This document shows, piece by piece, positions 36,992 to 50,646 of a stretch of 64,000 bases of DNA. The notes under the pieces are model-generated. The model was not told the DNA's origin, searched no databases, and saw nothing but the letters and a program-made list of their open reading frames with translations. Where the stretch lies: NCBI GenBank assembly GCA_951406725.2, contig OX597831.1:70308001-70372000 (forward strand), given 5' to 3'. The DNA comes from Octopus vulgaris. Taxonomy: Eukaryota. The first letter of the stretch is position 1. Every line of letters begins with the position of its first letter. The position numbers were made by a program, and so were the translations under genes.

Positions 36992-37209
36992 GTGTGCTTG
37001 TGTGTCTGTGTTTGTCCCCCTAGCATTACTTGACAACCGATGCTGGTGTGTATACGTCCCCCGTAACTTAGCAGTTCGGCAAAAAGAGACCGATAGAATA
37101 AGTACTGGGTTTACAAAGAATAAGTCCCGGGGTCGATTTGCTCGACTAAAGGTGGTGCTCCAGCATGGCCGAAGTCAAATGACTGAAACAAGTAAAAGAA
37201 AAAAAAAAG
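36757..37209 (+). mobile_element. SINE family A inserted between Gypsy RT and RNase H
   Basis: Full match interrupting pol. Confidence 0.92.
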
Positions 37210-37277
37210 CAGTTCATGAGTGGGGCCTTTATATTATATATGTTTAGAATATAAACTTGATAATAGTTCACCAAACT

Positions 37278-37838
37278 TTAAAATATTGTAATGTTTGTTG
37301 AGGGGGGCATATTTTTTATTGCATTCACCCTTGTTGGATCTGATCTGCGTCCATCATAATCAATGACTTGTCCTAAGTATTTGATTTTTTTCAGCAAGAA
37401 TTCACACTTTTCCTCTGTTAATCTGAACTCGTATTCGCTTATTTTCCTGAATACTCTTTTAATATGTTCGAAGTGTTGCTCCTGTGACTTACCCTTTATC
37501 AAAATATCGTCCAAATAGGTGATAGCGAAATCACAGTCACTTGGCATCGCATCCATTATTTGCTGAAATATGGCAGGAGCCACTTTTACTCTGAAGGGAA
37601 GCTGCTTAAATCTAAATAAATCATCGTGTTTGTTTATTGTTAACAAATGTGTGCCTTCTTCCTCTACTTGTATTTGTAAATATGCCTCCGGGAGGTCTAA
37701 TTCTGAGAAAAATTTTGCTTCTTTTAATTTTGCAAACACTTTCACCAGACTCGACAATGGATAGTTGTGTGCGACTAAGCAGGTATTCAACCCTGGTGAA
37801 AAAGTTGCACGCACTCTTAGTTTGTTATTCTTTTCCAC
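37278..37838 (-). pseudogene. Gypsy reverse-transcriptase core (largest open pol segment)
   Basis: 186-aa ORF with YLDD and KCEFLLKKIKYLG. Confidence 0.9.
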
Positions 37839-39765
37839 GTAAACCCTCGGTGCTGCTCAGTCTGCGTGGTCAATTTTTTCCATTATGCCAAGACTTTCCA
37901 TTCTTTCCACTTCTTTGTTAACCTGGTCTATTGCTGCAAATGGCACATTCCGTTTGGGTCTAAAGACCGTTGGGTTGTGCAACAACCCAACTCTTCCAAA
38001 AACACATCTGGAAATAATTTTAAAATGTCTTTCAGCCTCATTCGATCCTTTGACCGAACCCATTAAGTTTTCACACAGAACACTTATGGGTGTATCCCAC
38101 TATTTAAGTAGTTCTATCCATTCAGTGCCGAATAAATTAAATGAATCTTTCAACACATAAATCTCTGCCTTTTTCATTTGACCTCTAAAAGTTACATTGC
38201 ATTCAAATTCACCGAAAAAATATACTCTTTTTCCTGTAACACGATAGGCTACCATTTTAGATTTGATTAAATTCGGCTTACTGACATATTACCACAATTT
38301 TTCGTTTATAACAGTAACGTCACTCCCATTTTAACATTTGCATTTTTGATTTTCACCTTCTTGAGTTTCCTCATCGTTGTATTACCAATTTCTTTTGATG
38401 ACATACTATTTATTTCTTTCCCTTTGTTCTGACATTTTGTCGGGTTCATTTTAAAGTGCGTCTTTATATGTCCTATATTTCCACAACGAGAACAGTCCGT
38501 TTTTTTTTAATGGACAATTTTTCCATAGGTGCATACCCTCCTATGCAAAATATAGGTTTATTTCATGATGTTTGTCGTATTTTTTAGAAAATACTTTATC
38601 TCTATTCAGACAATTCTGTACTGGTTTTACTTGGAAACAATCTTTACATTCAACTTCCTCTGTGTCGCGTCTTAATTTAAGGATCCTTTCACATTCTTCA
38701 GATATTTTTTGCAGGGTTACATCCTGGTTTTGCTCCAGCTTTGCAAGAATTCTAGTTCTGACTTCGGCATCCTTTTTGGCAGTAAGACCCTGTGTAAATA
38801 ATCACGCATTTGAACATATCTGGAGTTGATTTATTCAGTTTAAACTTCTCTCATTTCCCGTTTACTCTTCCAGCATATGTGATGTAGTCTTTGCCATTGT
38901 TTTTCTCTATGTTCAGACACTTCCAACGTGTGTTAAACAACGACCATCTTTTACTGAAAATTTTACACAATATATCAATTGTGTCATTAAAATTTATGTC
39001 CGAAGGTTTTCTTGGAAGTACTTAATTACAGTATTGTTTACGTTCTGCTGCCACCAGTTTTCTCAAGATCGAGCACGTTTTCATCTCATCGTCTCAATTT
39101 TTACATTCTTTATCAAAACTTTTTCTCTTATCTTCTGTAATATGCTTTGAAGGTAATTCCATCGCCTAGTTCCTTCTTTGAACTCTGTTATGGAGTTCGC
39201 GACATAGTCTGGCGAGAACACTTTTTCTAACTTTCCTGATGACTTTAGTAATTGTAGCATTTGTTGTAATATTATTTGTTGTTGTTGTTGCTTCTGTTAT
39301 CGCTCTTGAAGTTGTATCTGCTGTTGGTGGTGTTGTTGTTGCTCCAGCTGTTGTTCTTGCAATTGTAGCTGCTGCTGTTGTTCTTTCAGTTGCTGTTGTC
39401 ACTGTTTTTGCAACTTGAGTATACGGCCAACAAATTTTACATAATCTTACGCTTTTTTTTTCCACAAAATTAACACACCAAAATTTTGTGAGTTTATTAA
39501 TTCCTCTTCGAGTTTCTATTAACTCTACGTGAAATGGTTTATCCTCGTTGAGTTTATTAATTCCTCATGAGTTGTCTAACTCCTCGTCACCACTGTTGTA
39601 ACTTGCGTCGTCACTGGTTTAATTCTTTTTAGATTATTATAACGTCCACTTCGGTATACAGTATACTTAGTAAAACCAGTAAAGACACGACTATCTCTGA
39701 CCGACTTCTGTGGTCCTATTTACAGTAACAACTCATACCACTTGTTATGTTGGTGGGGTGTACCA

Positions 39766-39960
39766 TCTGTTATATAAAATCCGTTATGTCTGTCTCTGTG
39801 TGTGTGTCTTCTCGGATCTCTGGCATCCTCCATCCGATTGTGCTCAAATTTGATATGTAGATACCGATGGTATCAGGGCGTGTATAAGTCTTGAAAAAAT
39901 TACAAAAATCGATTCCAGGTGCGAATACGATCGATAAAGCCGTTTTTGTCCTGCTTTTCT
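39766..39960 (+). mobile_element. Probable 5' end of another non-autonomous Helitron-like element
   Basis: A|TCTGTTATATAAAA...GTCTGTC...CCGATT...AAATTTG layout; 3' end not located. Confidence 0.45.
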
Positions 39961-40652
39961 TCCGCCAACCTGTACATAACTGCACCTTCCATTTTTTGTT
40001 GTTTTTGTACTGCTTAAAAGCACATTTCTTTCCTGCCAAGCTTACTATTTAAACCATGTTTGTGTTCTCCCAGTCAACAGCCTTATCATTACTGGTACTT
40101 TAAACTCTTCGGTTGCACATTTGTGTGAATAAAATCGTTTTTTCTTTGGAATAGTAAAAAGTCTATCTTTATTTCTTCTTTTGCTGGTGTCTCAAATTTA
40201 GGTTAAATCAGTGTTTCTCAAAGGGGAGGCCTATGGGACGGACGGACAAGTTGTTTTGAGAAAATTTGGTTTAAATGGTTGCCAACTCAGTACCGTCCAT
40301 TGGACGGGGGGCGTTTTGCTCGTTATTACTAATTCCCTACAACGGTTTTATGAATGTATTCTCATGCATATAATTGCATATCTAGACATGCTCATATATA
40401 TTTAAATTTTAAACTTCTGGAAAGTTTTACAGATTTTCACAGTTCTGGTGATGGATTAGATCTGTAGTCTTCGAATTACTTTTCTCCTTTCTGGTTTTGA
40501 GAAGCCTAATTTATAATCTGGATAGAGTAACTACAAAATTTTCAATAGTTTAGCATAGGTATTCTCTTTTTTGCTGATCTTCAGCTTAATGTTAACCTCT
40601 ACTAGGCAGCTAATTTCCACAACTGTACACAGTTTCTCTTCTTTATTTCAAA

Positions 40653-41042
40653 CTAGCAGTACCGCCCGGCGTTGCTCGGGTTTGTAAGGGAAATAACTAT
40701 AAAGCATTTTTAGAGAGTTATAGCCAAAAAATAGCAAAAAAATGCATTAAAAATGGAAAAAAAATTATAGTAAATTTTTTTTAATCGTTGACTCATCGTA
40801 GACATTTTTAGAGAGTTACTTCCCTTATATGCAAAAAATGCATTAAAATGGAAAAAAATGATGGCAAATTATTTTTAAAATCGTAGACTCATCGTAGACG
40901 CGCGCTAATACCCAGAAGGGCTCGATATGAATCACGACTATAAGATACCCGGTTTTGGTTAAACTGCACCGCAAAATGTGGGAGTAGTTAGGAATCTAAA
41001 TCGTAGGAGACAGACACACAACTTCACTTTTATATATAAAGA
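40653..41042 (-). mobile_element. Non-autonomous Helitron (same family as 17262 and 21552)
   Basis: TC start and CCCGAGCAACGCCGGG-N8-CTAG end. Confidence 0.88.
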
Positions 41043-41164
41043 TTTGTGCAACAACTAAAACATTCGGTTGTGCAAATTGTTTGCACAGGAAACCTGCCCT
41101 GTGTGGCGGTTTTTGCCGTTTTTGTGGATCTGTTTCAGCTTTTTTAGCGATTTCTGTTTTGGCG

Positions 41165-41556
41165 ATTTCAAGCCATGAAGTCGTTGTTCTAAAAGAACGC
41201 TAGTCTCCTTGACAACGTTTTACAACGTTGATTTCCTTACACTCCCTTCCCCACAGTTTCACGAGGGAGGGAAGAAGGGGGAGAAGCAACACAGGTGCAG
41301 GTGTGAGCATGGACGCCAACTCCGCCGCCATCGACACACGAAAAAATATGCGTTAAAATGGAAAAAAATTATGGTAAATTATTTTAAAAATCGTAGACTC
41401 ATCGTAGACGCGCACTAATACCCAGACGGGCTCGATATGAATCACGACTATAACATACCCGAATTTGGTTAAACTGCACCGCAAAATGTGGGAGTAGTTA
41501 GGAATCTAAATCGTAGGAGACAGACACTCACACAACTTCACGTTCATATATATAGA
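41165..41556 (-). mobile_element. Non-autonomous Helitron 5' portion lacking its own 3' end
   Basis: Matches 17378-17767; TC start at 41556. Confidence 0.85.
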
Positions 41557-41557
41557 T

Positions 41558-42736
41558 TGTAGGAACTACGAACGCACGTGGTCGCATTGTGTAGGAAATG
41601 CGATCGCACGTCGTCCTATTCTTAACGAATTATTACAAGCCATAAATAATGCAGTAACAACAGAACATAAGTGAATCGACGACAAGTCTTGCTGTGGAGA
41701 GATAAATATTATTTATTTTACAACCGTGTCAATGTTAGGAGTTCGTAAGCGTTAACACGTGTGTGCGCCTGCAACACGTGTTTGTGTCTGTGTGTTCGTG
41801 TGTGTGACAGATACAATAAGGGTGAATGCGTGTGGCATAGTAGGTACAGAGCATAGAGTTCATAATAGATTTACTGTTCATGAGGTACACGAAGTGTTAG
41901 AGTTCAATATCAAGATGTTGTGTCTCGGAGCTGTGATTAGTTGAATCACTTGTGCTTATCTTTCTCTTGATATAGATATTCTTTCAGATATATACTGCAA
42001 CTGTTTTTCCGTGGTGAGATTTTCACCTAACAGCATGAGTTGAATCTGTAGTTATCTTGTGTACAAGTTAAATCTTCGTAGATAGAGACGATGTTGGCGA
42101 TGACGTTATGTCTGTCGCTTGGTTTACTATAGCGTCTTCATATCATGTTTTGCTTGGTTATTTTTCTCTTGATATAGATATTCTTTCAGATATATATACT
42201 GCAACTGTTTTTCCGTGGTGAGAATTTCACACTAACAGTATGAGTTGAATCTGTGAAGTTGGTGTGTACATGTCTGAAGTGGACGATGGTGATGGCGACT
42301 TGAAGTTGGTACAATGATGGTGACGACGGCGGCGGAGATAGAAATTGGTTTTCTGTTGCGGGTGTACATTAGCGTCGTCGTGGCTGATCGTCTGTCGCTG
42401 TGACTGGAACATGTTGAGTAGCTCTGTGTGGTCAGAGGTTAGCCCTTATAAGGACTGGAACCAAAGACGCAAGTATACTGAAAACACTCCCTTATATACA
42501 AGTAAGGTGGCTCAACAGAGCCTAGGAAATGGGACCTTAACCAAAGGCCGTGATTAGTTGGCTTTGGCCAGTGGCGCGAAATAAGTAGAGACAGACCGCG
42601 CTTAGGTGCCAACCAATCAAAATAGTGGACACAACAACGTTAAACTAGCCAAAGATGTTTGTAATCTCAAACGAGATCATTCTTAATATTTCTCTCAAAC
42701 GGTGAAGATAGCAATGAAGAAAACAACATTGCTACA
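41558..42736 (-). mobile_element. Probable solo LTR (~1.18 kb)
   Basis: TGTAGGAA...TTGCTACA termini; CpG-rich; minus-strand TATATAA (~42492) and AATAAA (~41712); internal ~90-bp direct repeat (41961-42049 and 42163-42254). Confidence 0.65.
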
Positions 42737-43348
42737 AAATCAATTTATCAGGCCTGTCGTGATTACATTTTATTGAGGTTTTCACTGGGACATTCCATCA
42801 GTGCTCCTTTATGTATGTATGTATGTATGTATGTATGTATGTATGTATGTATGTATGTTCGTTCTATTTTTCTTTTTAATTTAGAATATTTTAACTGGCC
42901 ACCTACATGGTAACAATGCTGTGAAGGAAAGCATTTTGCTTTAATTACAATCCCTTAAATCTTAAGAAGGTCTGGCAGATTTTTATTATCCCAGATATCA
43001 TGATCTACTCCCCAAGATATCAAGTTCGGCCATACTTTGCTCTAGACAGGTTGGTATGTATCCTGTTGCTCATAGCTATGTATCTTGGGTATTAGATTTG
43101 CAAACTCTATATCAATGGTCCATAGGTGTTTTCTTTCTCAGGTAGTTTTCTTACCCTTTTGGTGTTGAGAGGGCATCTGATTTCCTTTTTCATATGTATG
43201 AATTTGTCCAAGATAATTATAAAAGATATTTGGTAGTTGTTTTCCATGTATTTTGATGAATTAAAGAGTATAAAATTACAAGTTTTTTTGCTCAGATATA
43301 GCAGAAAATAATTTCTTGCTGTTTATTGGTTGTATAGTACTTTTCAAA

Positions 43349-43560
43349 GGTGGAGAGCTAGCAGAACTGTTACTGTGTCAGGTAAAATTATTTGCAGTAT
43401 TTTGTGCATCTTTGTATTCTGAGTTCAAATTATGCCAAGTTCGACATTGCCTTTTATTCTTTTGGGTTTGATAAAATAAGTACCAGTTGAGCACTGGGGT
43501 CGATGTGATTGATTTACCCACATCTCTAAACTTGCTGGCCTTGTACTAAAAATTGAAACC
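43349..43560 (+). mobile_element. SINE family B, diverged
   Basis: GGTGGAGAGCTAGCAG head and AAGTACCAGTTGAGCACTGGGGTCGAT. Confidence 0.75.
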
Positions 43561-45239
43561 AATATAGTACTTTGCATATTCAGCCACTTCAAGCTTACAT
43601 AGATTGACATATCATGTAATTTCACCTTTAACAGAAAATCTATCATAGACATTCTGAAGTAGGGAATACATCAAACCATAATCAAGTAGAGAAACCCTGC
43701 TTCAATGCAATATTTTGTTTTATATTCATCAAGTTGGAGATAATAACATTGTGTTCTTTTCAGTATCTTCCTACTGATTAAACATTGCTACACATTTTAG
43801 GTTGATGGATTTAGGAGATAGTGATGTTCATGCTATATCAAAGCAGTAAAACCTGACTCTTTTGCAAGAGGAGTAGTATTGCACCTTTTCCTGGGAGAAA
43901 TAAAATAGTATATGAATTGAAAAGCACTGCAGATTTGTCACATCAAGAACATATCTTGAACTAAAAAAAACAACTACCACTAATATTTTAAATAAATTAC
44001 ATTGCCGATTTATCTTTATTTACAAAGTTATCTTTGAATGAAAGCAAAACAAATCATTATCATTTTCACATTGACTTTTTTAAAATATTCTAAATACAAT
44101 TTTTTAACTTTTACTCTCAACTTCCATATCTGAGTTGATTAAGTCACACAAATTTCAGGCCAGTACTACACACTATTATTACTATAGCTTTGAATATTAG
44201 AACATGACAACATAAGATTTGTATGTAGAAAGAGTTCTATTTCAGATGTGTGGGTTTCCCTGATGCATTTGCTTTGACACATACCTATCATGCACTGTAT
44301 TTGATCATTGGTTAACAAAATTACCCAGTTGTTCTTATTTATTGATAATTAAGCATTATTCAGAATTAAACCAAAATTATATTTCCTTAAATTAACGAGG
44401 GTAATTGAGTTCAACCATAATCAGTCTATGAAACTGTTAGATAATTTAATTACATCTGACAAGGGATTAATTATTTCATGTTATTATCTATTTATGAAAT
44501 TATTTACATATTTATATTGCTATTCAAGTCTAGCAAATGAAAGTAAGGCTTTCTATGGACCTGTTGGCAATTTCGCACAAGTCCAGCTAAAAGAACATCA
44601 CGTCTGTATGAGTTTGACTGCCCTAAGATGATAATCAATTACAATAATACCAACCCTCTTGAAATGACCCCTAATATAAACTCCCTGTTTTGAAGTATTT
44701 TAAGTTAAAACCTACCAACAAAATATCATGCTCATTTATGTTTCAAACACCTGCATAATAATGACAGGATTTTTCCTTGTTTTCGAAATTCCTAGAAGCA
44801 AAGTGTACAGCAGGAGAAATATGGTAACAAAGGGTTTCAGAAGTAATCAGTTAACAAACTCAATAAAGTAAGTGGATGGCAACTGAGACTGAATGGGATC
44901 TAGATATTGCTTCATAATGTGAATATAAGTGAGTCACTCTAGTTAAGATATGGGAGTACTTGTCTGTTTATCAATTGCTTTATTACTGCACCAGTTCTTT
45001 GACCAATGTATTTAATTCTAAATGCCTCGATCCAATTTTGTAATAAACAATTAATATAGGGATCATGTTAAGCAACAGAGTTACTGAGTGGGATTAATTA
45101 AATCAAGCTTAAGATTTTACAAGTATTTATTTTATTAATTCCCAGGGGATCCAAATTCAGAACATAAAGGAGACTAAATACCTTTAGATTATTTAGTCCA
45201 TTTTATCTTAGTCAGAGAAGAAAGTGCATGGACTCCAAG

Positions 45240-45430
45240 ATCATCATCATCATCACCATTTAACATCTGTTTTCCATGCTGGCATGGGTTAGATGGCTTG
45301 AGAGGAACTGGTAAGGTCAGGGACCACACCAGGTTTCATAGCCTGTTTTGGCTTGGTTTCCATGGCTGGATAATGCCGACCACGCCACAGAGTGTGCTAG
45401 GTGTATTTTAAGTGGCACCAGCACCCACAC
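45240..45430 (-). mobile_element. RTE-tail short element
   Basis: (ATC)n-TTTAACATCTGTTTTCCATGCTGGCATGGG. Confidence 0.7.
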
Positions 45431-45694
45431 CAATACTTTTTACACAGCACCTTTGTAAATGAGAAAAAGCATACCTGGTCGAAGTGTTTGAAATAGAATG
45501 AATATTAGTGAGATATCCAGAGGCCAAATGGTGACATTAAATCAGATGTCCAATGAAGTGTACAAACTAAGGACAGGTAGAGTTCAAAAATGACAGGTTT
45601 CAGTACAGTTTAGAATTTCACCTACAAAGACATTGACTGAGCTGAGGCTATGCAATGATAGACTTGCTCAAGGTGTCACCCCATGATACCAATC

Positions 45695-45910
45695 TGTTTC
45701 TTTACTACCCACAAGGGGCCAAACACAGAGAGGACAGACAAACGGGTTAAGCCGATTACATGGACCCCAGTGCATAACTGGTACTTATTTAATCAACCCA
45801 GAAAGGATGAAAGGCAAAGTCGACCTCGGCAGAATTTGAACTCAGAACGTAGCGGCAGACGAAATACAGCCACACATTTCGCCCGGCGTGCTAACGGTTC
45901 TGCCGCCGCC
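45695..45910 (-). mobile_element. SINE family B with 13-14-bp TSD
   Basis: CATGATACCAATC at 45682-45694 and 45911-45923. Confidence 0.9.
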
Positions 45911-47047
45911 CATGATACCAATCACCAAGCAAACCTCGTTGTCACATTTTCATTCAGGTACCTATATTTTAAGCATACAGTTTTGATGGTATATCTTCAT
46001 TGCTCTATGTTTTCTTCTAACCATACTATCCCATTCTTGTAAACTGCTGGATAATTGTTAAAAGTATCTTTTATAAGATTGGTTTGAATCCTTCCGTGTT
46101 TCATGCTTGGAGAAAGAAATACATTTTGCAAGGATGTCTGGTTCTAGATTATTCTGCTTCAGTGCTTAGTTTTCAGTGCCAGCTCCAGATATCCAGCTAG
46201 GCTACATTACTCATGACAGGTTAACAATATATAAACTCGTGTCTGAGTCTTGTTAAAACATTTGACCGCTAACTATTAAATATCTATGAGAAGATGAATG
46301 GACTTCCTGTGATGATGGTATTAAAGCAGTCATTAATCAAATACTCAGACACCGCATTGCAGCATCTTCAAAGGTTGCTTATTAAAAGTTTCATCATCAA
46401 TTCCAGTAAAGACTAAATTAAATATTAGGAGATGAAAAAAGTATTCAAAAAACTAACAAAAGCCAAAAAAAAAAAAACATAAATTGGTTTTATGCACACA
46501 GAGTATATGTGTGTATATATATATATTCATTAATTTATAAGGGCTGACAGTTGGTGGAATAAGAGTACATGGGTGAGTTCTTCGTGGCATAAAAAGTAGA
46601 GGAAAAATGGAATGTGTTTTAGATTAATAATGTAAATACAGTCTATCATACGTATATACACACATATGTATACTCTTAAAATTGTGTGTGTGTGTGCGTG
46701 TATGTTATTTGCGTATATGTGTGAAAACTGCATTCCAGCATTTGCACAAACACACACACAAATATACACATACACATGTGTTATTTTCTTCCAGTTATGA
46801 AATTCTAAATGGTTTTTCATTTCCAAGAACTAAAGAAATAGATTATAATTGAATTCTCTATCTGGTTATTTTCACTTTTCCTTGATAATTTGTTGATCTT
46901 TCTGTATGATTATTTTGCATTTTTCTTTGAACAAGAATTAATTTTTAGCTTGACAGTTTTCATTAAACAAGCAATGGGTCTGTATGAATGTATACATATG
47001 CATACACACACACATGTACATACAAGTATGTACATGCATAATGATGA

Positions 47048-47090
<43 letters not shown>

Positions 47091-47284
47091 TATTCACTTA
47101 GTACCAGGGTTCATTTATGTATAAAATACATTATGCAAAGGTAAATATTCCTCAGTGGTTTGTTGCTTGACTGGCTTAAAAACTTTTAAGCAGGTAAGCA
47201 TGGCAGTGCTTAAAAAAGGCTGGAGAATATTAAAAATATTTCGTTGCAGATAATTCAGTCTTGTATCAGAATGATTCAACTATA

Positions 47285-47650
47285 TCATCATCATCGTCGT
47301 CGTCGTCATTTAACATTCATTTTCTATGCTGGCATGGGTTGGACGATTTGATAGGAGCCAGCTAGGTAGAAGACTAGAAGACTACACCAAGGCTACTGTG
47401 TCTGTTTTTATGACTGGATGCCCTTCCTAACACCAATGATCCCATAAAGTGAACTGAGTGCTTTTTATGTGGTACCAGCACAAGTGAGTCAGTTTTGGCA
47501 TGACTTTTTTTACAGCTGGATGCCCTTCCAAATGCTAAACACTTCACAGTATGGACTAGATGCTTTTTATATGGCACCAGCATCAGCAGGGTCACCAAAT
47601 AACTTGCTAGACAAGGAATTTTGAGAAGTGGGGAGGCATTGAAGGAGGTG
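47285..47650 (-). mobile_element. RTE-tail element
   Basis: Same two-module tail as 11395-11720. Confidence 0.75.
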
Positions 47651-47689
47651 ATATTGTGATAGATAGATAGATAGATGTATTGCACCAAA

Positions 47690-48450
47690 CAGGTGGAAGT
47701 CAGAGTGCACCAGATTAGGGCTTTCTGCTTGATGGAGTCCAATAACCTGCTCAATTTGTACATCACCTGATTTGTTGCCAAAGATGTTTCTGGTCGAGCA
47801 TTCTCATGGCAAATGTGGGTGGTTTCCAGATAACTGTTCAATCTTTACCTCTTTACGACTTCTCTTAGCTTTTTAAATATCTCTAAGTACTGCTCTCTGT
47901 TCACAATCCAGGAAATCAAAGAGAATGTTGTCCTAGCTGTCCCTAAAAATTAGTCTTCTTGAATTTCTTTGGCAATCACAGGCAGCTGAGCTTCTTAGGT
48001 CTTGAAGAAGAGGCTGAACCTTCGTTTCTGGTTAATAAACATACAACACTGTTTCTAGGACATAAATATACTGCCATGTTTCAAGCCTTGCCCCGAGATT
48101 GAAGAAATAAATGGCTTCAGACAATTCCAACTGCTCAGAGCAGACTTTCACCCTTCTCTCCTTCAAATCGGGTGTCAACTACTGAGGTACTCACTTTGGA
48201 CACTCCTTCCAATACTCACTGTCTTTGACCTCTTCTGTAATGTATTGTGACCATTGTCCAGTTGTGCAACAAGTTCACAAATTGTGACTTATCTGGCCAT
48301 ATGAATCAGTTCATTCGCTCACTGATGATTCATATCCATAGTCACAGTTGATGGTCTTCCTCTGCATGGCTTGTCTTCAGGGCTAAACTTCATCTCTCTA
48401 TGCATGCTGCACTTTCAGTGACGTCATCTCCATAAATAAAACTCTTTCAT
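47690..48450 (-). mobile_element. Decayed mariner transposase
   Basis: HICHENARPETSLAT resembles LHHDNARPHTS, followed by a degenerate SPDLAPSDF-like region; GRPST-like motif near 48350. Confidence 0.7.
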
Positions 48451-48828
48451 AGGTATCAGACAAGAATACTTTTGCTTAGATCCTATTATTTACTGGTAAC
48501 AAAGAAGAACAGGAAGAAGAGTTACTATAGTGGAAGAATTATTCTACCAACACGTGCAATTTGAATGACTTATGTTTGTTGATAAAAAAGGGATGCCCAC
48601 TTTTGCCTTACTTTCATACAACCCATGTGTGTGTGTGTGTGTTATTTGTAGAACATTTGTATGTACAAAAATTATCAAAATTACATTTGTTGTTATTGTT
48701 TTGTGTACCATTTCATCTCAAGCAATTTTACTGGCAAGATGAATTAGTTTACAGAAACATTCAAAAGCTTTTCTTGTCTACAAAAGATACATTAAAAAAG
48801 ACTCTCAAATGCATACACAAGTATACAT

Positions 48829-48859
<31 letters not shown>

Positions 48860-49287
48860 CATGTACGTGTGTGTGTGCGCTTGCATGTGTGTATATACAT
48901 ACATATATATATATATATAACTGTTACAATATGTATTAATGTTTAGTGTTGCCTAAATGCTCCGTGGTTTGAATGAACAGTATGACAATAAATTTATCGA
49001 TGTATTCAGCATACTGAAATTAATTGAGAAAAGTGATTTTATTGGCTGCATTGAGTTACCCATTCTGGGTCAAAATATTACAAAATCTTCATCCATATTT
49101 TTTTTCATGTACAAGAGCGGAACATCTCTTCTGAGACACAGCCAATTACAGCAAAGGCAGGTACTTGAAAATTGAGGAGATGAAAGAATCCCAAAGGACA
49201 CTTGAACATTGATTATGACTTGCTCTTTTGGTTACAAAAATGTTATGAGTGCTATGTGTGATTTGGATAACAATAATGATGATGACG

Positions 49288-49358
<71 letters not shown>

Positions 49359-49372
49359 AAAAAGAAGAAGAA

Positions 49373-49761
49373 GAAATCAGCAAAATGTGGAACCTGAAGA
49401 CTAAAACAATACCTGTTGTCATAGGTGCCCTGGGAATGATAGCAAAAGGCGCTGATTGCTACCTAACTCATATACCAGGAAACCCCAAAATGGCAGAAAT
49501 TCAAAAGATAGTGCTCATGGGAACTGCTCATATCCTACGCAAAACACTTTCTATGTAATCTCAAGTTTGAAAACAAACCTAATTTTCGTGTATTTTTTTT
49601 TTGGACATTCACTAGTACAACACTAAATACAAAACCAAATATATGGCACACTAGGCATAACAACAACACGAACTTCCAACCTGTTGTCTCTTGAGACTTG
49701 GAGCCAACTTGTTCAGATATAAAGCAAAAGTCAAACATATAATAATAATAATAATAATAAT
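49373..49761 (+). mobile_element. 5'-truncated R4/Dong-like RLE non-LTR retrotransposon 3' end
   Basis: Open frame EISKMWNLKTKTIPVVIGALGMI...EIQKIVLMGTAHILRKTLSM* (49373-49558), 3' UTR, (TAA)n on both sides. Confidence 0.8.
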
Positions 49762-50151
49762 GATTTGACCATAAGCACTTGAACATGTTTCTTAATGGCA
49801 GACAATAGGTGCATCTCTGATCATAAGCAGAAATATTGGGGGAGCATCATAGCCATGTGTTGAGAGGAATTCTTTGGGTTTTGGATAATTCATCTTTGGA
49901 AACAGGTATTTTGTTCAACATCCTTAAACAACCCTTATTCAGGGACCTTTTGAGTGGGATGGGCTACTCGACCTAAAGAAAATTCTAACTGGGCCCTTCC
50001 TGCAAGGTCATGCACTGTTAATCTTGTTGTGAGATCACCATATCATGCATATAGGGTTGTGATGCATGTGACGGGTAGTCATGATGGCTATACTGGGCTT
50101 TGTATATTTTACCCCAGTGTCACTTTGATGGCATGCACTGCACTCTCACTC

Positions 50152-50189
<38 letters not shown>

Positions 50190-50190
50190 T
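49762..50190 (+). mobile_element. Unclassified retroposon ending in (AAT)n
   Basis: ~390-bp insert between two (TAA)n tracts ending CTCTCACTC(AAT)n. Confidence 0.45.
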
Positions 50191-50541
50191 GATGATGATG
50201 ATGGTGATAATAAAAACGTTTCAAATTTAGGCACAATGTTAGGAATTACGAGGGGGTGAGGCAAGTTGATTGCATCAGACCCAAATAATAATAATCATTT
50301 ATTTAGCCACTAAAAGTAATTTCATTGAATTCTATTCATTTACACGAACCATTAAAAACTAGGGAGGATTAGAAGAATATGGGAAAGTGGTTGGTCAGAG
50401 AAGATGGGCTAGGAATTTTCTACAAATAAGACACTTTAAAAATTTGTATAAAAGCCTTGTGAATAAATAATTGGAAGGTGTTTGTAAGCCATTTAAGAAA
50501 CACACAAAAGCCGTTCGATTCACTTCAACATTTAAGTTTAA

Positions 50542-50592
50542 TTTGTCAAAATATTTTCGTCGCTTTAAGACCGCGACCTGTTCACTGACAAA
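50542..50592 (-). ncRNA. Type-I hammerhead motif, G3:C8 variant (left arm)
   Basis: Reverse complement identical to 50647-50697. Confidence 0.7.
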
Positions 50593-50646
50593 AATCCATG
50601 CTGACAAAAATCCGAGATACAGCACGAATTTTTGTCAGCACGGATT

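Larger units (their letters stand above)
34480..39730 (-). mobile_element. Decayed Ty3/Gypsy (Mag/K02A2.6-like) LTR retrotransposon, gag-pol with frameshifts and SINE insertions
   Basis: PBS TGGTGACGAGG next to the LTR end TACAACA (39594); Q-rich gag, zinc knuckle CSRCGNIGH, protease-like NGSDVTVI, RT (FFSELDLPEAYLQI, LPFRVKVAPAIFQ, YLDD), RNase H (TDASEYGVGAVL), integrase (HVGYPDISRMK...CSGC, IVSENGTQF); no 3' LTR seen. Confidence 0.93.

Noticed and set aside
39166-39465. Thr/Ala-rich mucin-like ORF
   Set aside because: Alternative frame of the Gln-rich Gypsy gag N-terminus
39490-39590. Short repeats GAGTTTATTAATTCCTC as a CRISPR-like array
   Set aside because: Only two or three degenerate units in the Gypsy 5' leader of a eukaryotic sequence
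40209-40510. hAT-like TIR start CAGTGTTTCTCAAA
   Set aside because: No convincing partner TIR or 8-bp TSD
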